Shown here in pieces: positions 26,662 through 32,000 of a stretch of 32,000 bases of DNA. Below the pieces are notes generated by a model that saw only the letters and a list, made by a program, of their open reading frames with translations, made no database searches and was not told the origin of the DNA. A program made the translations under genes and the position numbers. The stretch comes from Delftia acidovorans NBRC 14950 (GTDB taxonomy: Bacteria > Pseudomonadota > Gammaproteobacteria > Burkholderiales > Burkholderiaceae_C): positions 90,001 to 122,000 of the forward strand of contig NZ_BCZP01000005.1 of assembly GCF_001598795.1 (NCBI RefSeq), written 5' to 3'. Every line of letters begins with the position of its first letter. The stretch's first letter is position 1.

Positions 26662-28327
26662 GGGCCACCTCCGCGGCGCGCGAGAGCATGGCGGGCACGG
26701 CGCGCGTCTTGAGCTTGCGCGCAACCACCACGGCCAGCACGGCGCTGGCCAGCATGAACAGGTCCACGCCGGCCACGGGCCAGTAGCCCGCGCCCAGGGT
26801 CTTGAACAGGTGGTCGCCCGTGGTCAGCCAGTTCAGCAGCACGGCCGTGACGGCCATGGCGGCCACGGCCCAGCACTGCTCGCGCCAGGCGGGATTGGGC
26901 AGGCCTTGGGCCACGGGGGCGCTGCGCACAAAGGCGTGGAGCATGGCCAGCAGCCAGGCGGCCCAGAAGAAATAGCGCTCCATGTCGCCCCGGCCCGGCC
27001 AGCCCTGGGGCATGGCCTCGGGCAGCAGGCGGTTGGAAATCAGCATGCCCAGGGCGGCCACCAGCATGCCGGTGACGGTGGTGACGGCCAGGGCATCGAC
27101 CACGCGCGCACCCTGCACGCCCTGTTTGGCGTGCTGCTTCTTGCGCTTTTCCACGAAGAAGACAAAGCCGGTGGCAATGCAGGCGCAGCCGGCCAGGCCA
27201 CCGAGCACGTACAGCCAGCGCAGCAGCCAGTGGCGGAAGTGCTGCAGGTGCAGGCCGGTGAGGAAGGTGTTGAGGCTGTCCACGGCCGTGCGCGGCGGGT
27301 CTTCGCGCAGCAGCGCGCCGGTGCTGGCCTTGAAGTGGATGCCCTCGCCCGTGAGCGCGATGCGGTCGGTGCCGGCGCGGTAGACGCTGACGTAGCCATT
27401 GGCATCGCCCACATGGGTGACGGACAGGAAACCCACGTCGCCGGCCATGCCCTTGGCGGCCCAGCGGCGCTGCGCCTCGGCCACCATGGCGTCCACCGAG
27501 GCCACGGGCGCGGCCACGCCGGCGCGGTCGTGCGGCAGGCCGGTTTCCTCGGCCTCCATTTTTTCGTGCAGCTCGTGCAGCGGCTCCAGCTGGGTGTGGG
27601 TGATGGGGAAGTAGATGCCCGCAAAGATCACCAGCCCCGTGAAGGCGAAGAAGAAGTGGAAGGGCAGCGCCACCACGCCCGTCATGTTGTGCAGGTCCAG
27701 CACGCTGCGCTGGGTGGCCTTCTTCGGGCGGAAGGTGAACAGCTCGCGGAAGATCTTGCGGTGCATGACCACGCCGCTGACCAGGGCCACCAGCATGATG
27801 AGTGCGGCAAAGCCCACGATCCAGTAGCCAAGGCCCATCCAGTTGAGCGTCAGGCTGTAGTGCAGCGGGTAGAAGAACTGGCTGCCGATCTTGAGGTGGT
27901 CGTCCGGCAGGGACTCGCCATTGCGCGGGTCGATGGTGCGCATGGCCCAGATCAGGGTCTCGGGCTTCTTGGCGTTGGCCACCTCGTAGCCGGCAAACAG
28001 GCCCAGCACCGGGTCGCGGTGCGTGGTGTAGGCGCCCCAGCGCTGGGGCGTGTCGAAGCGCTCGGGCAGCGGGCCGTTGACCTCGCCGCGCATGGCCTCG
28101 CGCGCCTGGGCATTGGGCTGCATGGACTCGAAGACCGGCTTGAGGATCTGGTCGTACGAGGGCATGGGCGTGGGCTCGAAGCGCGAAGCCGGAATGGCCC
28201 AGCGGTCGATCTCGCGGTCGAACACCGACAGCGCGCCAAAGAAGAAGGCGGCCATGAGCACGAAGCCGAGCACCAGCCCGAACCAGGTGTGCAGCCAGGC
28301 CATGGAAAGGCGGAAATTCTGGAACAT
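26654..28327 (-). CDS. PepSY-associated TM-helix protein (PiuB/FoxB-like iron-regulated membrane protein)
   Basis: 557 aa. The N-terminus FRLSMAWLHTWFGLVLGFVLMAAFFFGALSVFDREIDRW is the hallmark opening of this family. It has multiple TM segments with conserved His residues (LHLQHF, LDLHNMTG). GGAGA SD. Confidence 0.9.
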   Translation of the reverse strand: MFQNFRLSMAWLHTWFGLVLGFVLMAAFFFGALSVFDREIDRWAIPASRFEPTPMPSYDQILKPVFESMQPNAQAREAMRGEVNGPLPERFDTPQRWGAYTTHRDPVLGLFAGYEVANAKKPETLIWAMRTIDPRNGESLPDDHLKIGSQFFYPLHYSLTLNWMGLGYWIVGFAALIMLVALVSGVVMHRKIFRELFTFRPKKATQRSVLDLHNMTGVVALPFHFFFAFTGLVIFAGIYFPITHTQLEPLHELHEKMEAEETGLPHDRAGVAAPVASVDAMVAEAQRRWAAKGMAGDVGFLSVTHVGDANGYVSVYRAGTDRIALTGEGIHFKASTGALLREDPPRTAVDSLNTFLTGLHLQHFRHWLLRWLYVLGGLAGCACIATGFVFFVEKRKKQHAKQGVQGARVVDALAVTTVTGMLVAALGMLISNRLLPEAMPQGWPGRGDMERYFFWAAWLLAMLHAFVRSAPVAQGLPNPAWREQCWAVAAMAVTAVLLNWLTTGDHLFKTLGAGYWPVAGVDLFMLASAVLAVVVARKLKTRAVPAMLSRAAEVAHV

Positions 28328-28344
28328 GGGAAGCGATCTCCGGA

Positions 28345-28623
28345 TCAGGGCAGCAGCATCTGCTGGAGCAGCGATGCGCAGCCGGTCATGACAATGCCGC
28401 CACCGGCCAGCACGGCCCAGACGCGCGGGAGGCTCTGTGCCGCAAAGGCCCAGAGAAACACCGTCAGAAACACCAGGAAGCCGAGGATGTAGCCCAGATG
28501 CTCGGCATCGTGGAACTCCATTCCGGCGGCAAACATCAGCACCACGCCCAGGGCGATGAAGCCCCAGGTGAAGGCATAGCCGCCGAAGACGGCAGCCGCA
28601 ATGCGAACCAAAATAGTTTTCAT
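28345..28623 (-). CDS. DUF3649-family small membrane protein
   Basis: 92 aa with three TM helices (MKTILVRIAAAVFGGYAFTWGFIALGVVLMFAAG...). The stop is 17 nt before the PepSY-TM start, the usual order for this gene trio. Confidence 0.7.
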   Translation of the reverse strand: MKTILVRIAAAVFGGYAFTWGFIALGVVLMFAAGMEFHDAEHLGYILGFLVFLTVFLWAFAAQSLPRVWAVLAGGGIVMTGCASLLQQMLLP

Positions 28624-28654
28624 TTACACAGAAAAATACAGTTGTGCACCAAGT

Positions 28655-28676
28655 TCTCGGGGCGCATTATCCCCGA
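28655..28676. other. intergenic stem-loop (7-bp GC stem CTCGGGG/CCCCGAG, 8-nt loop)
   Basis: Seen directly in the 94-bp gap between the glutamate-synthase-family gene and the DUF3649 gene. There is no adjacent T-run, so it is not a canonical intrinsic terminator. The loop/stem on the minus strand reads GGGGATAATGCG, which holds only a GATAATG half of a Fur box. Confidence 0.3.
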
Positions 28677-28717
28677 GGGTTGTTAAAACCTGTAATCGGC
28701 TGTGGTCTGTGGCGCCT

Positions 28718-30436
28718 CTATGCAGCCTGGCCTGCCGCGTGCGCCTTGGCCTGCGGCGCAGAAGGCTTGAGCGTGGGCGGCGCGAACTGGAAGGTGTGGG
28801 CGCTGGCGCCCGGCCAGTAGAGCTTGAACACGTTGTGCTGCTTGTCCAGCGGCCCCAGCAGCGCGCCGGGCTCCACGCGCAGGACCAGGTTGGCGAGCTG
28901 GCGCACCTCGGTGTCGGAGATGCGCCGCACGATGTGGTGGGCCGTGATGTCGCAGGGGTGCTCCAGGCCCGCCGCCTGCACCAGCTCCTGCAGCGCATGC
29001 AGGGTCTTGTCATGGAAGTTGGCCACGCGCGTGGCCTTGTCGGGCACGACCAGGGCCTTCTGGCGCGCCGCGTCCTGCGTGGCCACGCCCGTGGGGCAGT
29101 GGCCGGTGTGGCAGTTCTGCGCCTGAATGCAGCCCAGGGCCATCATGAAGCCGCGCCCGGCGTTGCACCAGTCGGCGCCCAGCGCCATCATGCGCGCGAT
29201 GTCGAAGGCCGTGATCACCTTGCCGGCCGCGCCGATCTTGATGCGGTGGCGCAGGCCCACGCCGATCAGCGTGTTGTGCACCAGCAGCAGCCCTTCCTGC
29301 AGCGGCACGCCCACGTGGTCGGTGAACTCCACCGGCGCCGCGCCCGTGCCGCCCTCGGCGCCATCGACCACGATGAAATCCGGCGTGATGTCCGTCTCCT
29401 GCATGGCTTTGACGATGGCGAACCACTCCCAGGGATGGCCAACGCAGAACTTGAACCCCGTGGGCTTGCCGCCCGACTTCTCGCGCAGGCGGGCGATGAA
29501 ATGCATCATCTCCACCGGTGTCTTGAAGGCGCTGTGGCTGGACGGGCTGATGCAGTCCACCCCCACGGGCACGCCGCGCGCGGCGGCGATCTCAGGGGTG
29601 ACCTTGGCGCCCAGCAGCATGCCGCCGTGGCCGGGCTTGGCGCCCTGGCTGAGCTTGATCTCAATGAGCTTGACCTGCGGGTCGGTGGCGTTGGCGATGA
29701 ATTTTTCTTCGTTGAAGCTGCCATCGTCGTTGCGGCAGCCGAAGTAGCCCGAGGCCACCTCCCAGATCAGGTCGCCGCCGTGCACGCGGTGGTGCTGGCT
29801 GATGGAGCCCTCGCCCGTGTCGTGCGCAAAGCCGCCCATCTTCGCGCCCTTGTTCAGCGCCAGGATGGCATTGGCCGACAGCGCGCCGAAGCTCATGGCC
29901 GAGATGTTGAAGATGCTGGCGCTGTAGGGCTGGGTGCAGGGCGAGGTGCCTTCATCGGCACAGCCGATGGTGATGCGGAAGTCATGCGAGGCCAGCTTGG
30001 TGGGCTGCATGGAATGGTTCACCCATTCATAGCCCTGGGCCGTGACATTGAGCTGCGTGCCCAAGGGGCGGCTGTCCGGATCGCCCTTGGCGCGCTGGTA
30101 GACCAGGGAGCGCTGGGCGCGCGAGAACGGCAGCGCCTCATGGTCGGACTCGATGAAGTACTGCCGCATCTCTGGCCGGATGAACTCCAGCAGAAACCGC
30201 AGGTGACCGATGATGGGGTAGTTGCGCAGCACCGAATGGCGCACCTGGGTCATGTCGCGCACGCCCAGCAGCGCCAGCGCGGCGCACACGCCAAAGCCCA
30301 GCCACCACCACAGCCCTCCCCACACCAGCGCCGCCACCAGCAGCCCCGCGCTGCCGACCAGGCTCAGGCAGAACGTGGTGTAGCGCAGCGGCACCCATGC
30401 GGGCAGGCGATGAACCGGGGAGGCAGACGTTGACAT
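28718..30436 (-). CDS. FMN-binding glutamate synthase family protein (GltB domain-2-like) with N-terminal TM anchor
   Basis: The ORF track extends to 30505. I prefer ATG 30436 (MSTSASPVHRLPAW...). Elements:
- N-terminal hydrophobic helices (FCLSLVGSAGLLVAALVWGGLWWWLGFGVCAALALLGV);
- core motifs DTGEGSIS, KLSQGAKPGHGGMLLG, ISPSSHSAF, IVVDGAEGGTGAAP, and the Cys-rich CNAGRGFMMALGCIQAQNCHTGHCPTGVATQD. Confidence 0.9.
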   Translation of the reverse strand: MSTSASPVHRLPAWVPLRYTTFCLSLVGSAGLLVAALVWGGLWWWLGFGVCAALALLGVRDMTQVRHSVLRNYPIIGHLRFLLEFIRPEMRQYFIESDHEALPFSRAQRSLVYQRAKGDPDSRPLGTQLNVTAQGYEWVNHSMQPTKLASHDFRITIGCADEGTSPCTQPYSASIFNISAMSFGALSANAILALNKGAKMGGFAHDTGEGSISQHHRVHGGDLIWEVASGYFGCRNDDGSFNEEKFIANATDPQVKLIEIKLSQGAKPGHGGMLLGAKVTPEIAAARGVPVGVDCISPSSHSAFKTPVEMMHFIARLREKSGGKPTGFKFCVGHPWEWFAIVKAMQETDITPDFIVVDGAEGGTGAAPVEFTDHVGVPLQEGLLLVHNTLIGVGLRHRIKIGAAGKVITAFDIARMMALGADWCNAGRGFMMALGCIQAQNCHTGHCPTGVATQDAARQKALVVPDKATRVANFHDKTLHALQELVQAAGLEHPCDITAHHIVRRISDTEVRQLANLVLRVEPGALLGPLDKQHNVFKLYWPGASAHTFQFAPPTLKPSAPQAKAHAAGQAA

Positions 30437-30524
30437 GGCGTGGGTCCTTGGGGGCGTGTTGACGATCTTGTGCATGCCGCGCCGTCGAGGGCGCGCTGTG
30501 CACAAGGGTAACCCACGATGCGCG

Positions 30525-32000
30525 TCAGCCCTGGCGCGGCCGGGCGCCGGCGCCCGTTGCCTGCGCGGCCGCCGGCAGCACGAACCGGAAGCTCGCCCCC
30601 TGCCCCGGTTGGTCCACCAGTTCGATGCGGCAGCCGTGCAGCTCCAGCATGCGGTGGACGATGCGCAGGCCCAGGCCGCCGCCGCGGCGGGCGCCGCCTA
30701 CGGTGAAGGGCCGCTCGAACAGGCCTTCGCGCAGATCGGCCGAGATGCCGGGGCCGGTGTCGGCCACGGTGACTTCGACGGCGTTGCCCGCTGCCGCCAG
30801 CGCCACCTGGATGCTGCCGCCGCCGGGCGTGTGGCGCAGTGCGTTGTCCAGCAGGTTGCCCAGCACGCGCTCGATCATGCCCAAGTCGGCCTGGACGACG
30901 GGCAGGCGGGGCGGGAAGTCGGCCCGCAGTGCCACCTGGCGCGCCTCGGCACGCAGCTCGAATTTCTGGAACACGTCCTGCACCAGGTCGGGCATGGAAA
31001 ACGGCTCCGGCTCGGGCTGGACAAAGCCGTATTCCAGGCGCGCCAGCTCAAACAGGCTTTGCGCCAGCTCACCCACCTTCTGGCTCTGGGCCAGGGCAAT
31101 GCCCAGGTAGCGGCGGCGTTCGGTGGCGTCGAGCACGGCGTCCTTGAGCAACAGCGTTTCCAGGTAGCCGTGCAGGGACGACAGCGGCGTGCGCAGGTCG
31201 TGCGAGACGTTGGCGATGAGTTCGCGCCGCTCCTGGTCCTGGCGCGTGAGCGCCCGCCACTGCTCGCCGATGCGCGCCACCATGCGGCGGTAGGCCGAGT
31301 CCAGCACGGCGATCTCGTCACGGCTGTCCTGTGCGGCGCCGGGCTGGGGGGCCGGCAGGTCCGGGGGCGCGCCATGGATGTCGAAGCCGGCCACCTCTTC
31401 GGTGAGCCGGCGCAGCGGCCGCGTGATCAGCGCAAAGGCCACCAGGCCCGCCACCAGGCACAGCAGCGCCACCATGCCGATGGACCACAGCGCCGTGCTG
31501 AGCACCGAGTTGGCCGAGCCCTGCGCCACCAGCTGGTCATGCGCCTCGCCCTGCAGCACCACGTAGATGAAGCCCACGTCCTTGCCGTTGACGCGCAGCG
31601 GCGCCGCGCTGAAGACCTTGCGGCCTTCGACGCTGCGCGGGTCGTCGCCCAGGATGGGCAGCGTGCCGCCTTCCAGCAGCCGGTGCACGGGCGCCAGGTC
31701 CACGCGCTCGCGGCGCACGCGGCCGTCGGGGGCGGCATGGCCGGCAATGCGGCCGTCGGCATCCAGCAGGTAGACCTCCACGCTGGGGTTGACCAGCATG
31801 AGCTGGTTGAAGAAGCTGCGCACGGCGCCAGGCATGAGGCCGTTGGCGTCGGTCAGCTGGGCGTCGCGCGCAATGCTTTCGGCCACATCGCGCGACAGGC
31901 CCTGCACCACTTCCAGCTCGTGCATGCGGCTTGCGCGCAGCTGCATCCAGGCCGAGGTGCCGCTGCACACCAGCAGCAGCACGGCAAAGACCAGGGACAG
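30525..32000 (-). CDS. two-component sensor histidine kinase (periplasmic sensor-TM-HAMP-HisKA-HATPase), N-terminus outside window
   Basis: The frame is open to the window edge. H-box NVSHDLRTPLSSL, N box LGNLLDNALRHTP, G boxes DTGPGI and GGLGLRIV. The stop is at 30525. Confidence 0.88.
   Translation of the reverse strand: MSLVFAVLLLVCSGTSAWMQLRASRMHELEVVQGLSRDVAESIARDAQLTDANGLMPGAVRSFFNQLMLVNPSVEVYLLDADGRIAGHAAPDGRVRRERVDLAPVHRLLEGGTLPILGDDPRSVEGRKVFSAAPLRVNGKDVGFIYVVLQGEAHDQLVAQGSANSVLSTALWSIGMVALLCLVAGLVAFALITRPLRRLTEEVAGFDIHGAPPDLPAPQPGAAQDSRDEIAVLDSAYRRMVARIGEQWRALTRQDQERRELIANVSHDLRTPLSSLHGYLETLLLKDAVLDATERRRYLGIALAQSQKVGELAQSLFELARLEYGFVQPEPEPFSMPDLVQDVFQKFELRAEARQVALRADFPPRLPVVQADLGMIERVLGNLLDNALRHTPGGGSIQVALAAAGNAVEVTVADTGPGISADLREGLFERPFTVGGARRGGGLGLRIVHRMLELHGCRIELVDQPGQGASFRFVLPAAAQATGAGARPRQG

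Noticed and set aside
28655-28690. Possible Fur box or intrinsic terminator at the stem-loop upstream of the DUF3649 gene
   Set aside because: Only a GATAATG half-site is present, not the 19-bp palindrome. The hairpin lacks an adjacent U-tract. It is recorded only as a stem-loop.
26258-30433. 744-aa and 610-aa plus-strand ORFs antisense to the PepSY-TM cluster and the glutamate-synthase-family gene
   Set aside because: The minus-strand frames encode well-recognisable families. The antisense translations are His/Gly/Ala/Arg-rich with no motifs.

Overview
The window is a 32-kb stretch of a high-GC proteobacterial chromosome. A beta-proteobacterial origin is suggested only by gene content and is inference. 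It splits into two parts.

(1) Positions 1 to ~11,530 are compositionally foreign accessory DNA. They hold a peptidoglycan amidase and a DUF1353 gene on the minus strand, followed by four co-directional plus-strand genes:
- a 1413-aa protein with an Mrr-like PD-(D/E)xK nuclease N-terminus, TPR-like repeats and a PIN-like C-terminal module;
- a 200-aa protein with an N-terminal hydrophobic helix and a DUF4145/HEPN-like R-x4-H motif;
- a 326-aa SAM-methyltransferase-fold protein whose catalytic tetrapeptide is degenerate;
- a 572-aa reverse transcriptase (RT) with intact motifs (YVDD), overlapping the previous gene by ATGA.

The last three genes form a markedly AT-richer cassette (7.4-11.1 kb). 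This cassette is my best candidate for an undescribed RT-based defence system. The giant nuclease/TPR/PIN protein is a second candidate.

(2) Positions ~11.5-32 kb are core-like high-GC DNA. They encode:
- a BRO-N protein and two small ORFs;
- a double-Cache methyl-accepting chemotaxis protein (MCP) ending in an xWxxF pentapeptide;
- a 3' remnant of an agmatine-deiminase-family gene;
- a four-gene minus-strand signalling operon (hybrid kinase, REC-EAL, hybrid kinase with Hpt, RcsB-like regulator);
- a divergent AT-rich control region carrying two RcsAB-box-like palindromes;
- a secreted beta-helix/cadherin-like protein with an IPTL-CTERM-like sorting tail;
- a DUF3649/PepSY-TM/DUF3325 cluster;
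- a membrane-anchored FMN glutamate-synthase-family protein;
- a truncated sensor kinase.

I found no rRNA, tRNA, CRISPR array or transposase. Family assignments come from motif recognition by eye; no database search was possible.
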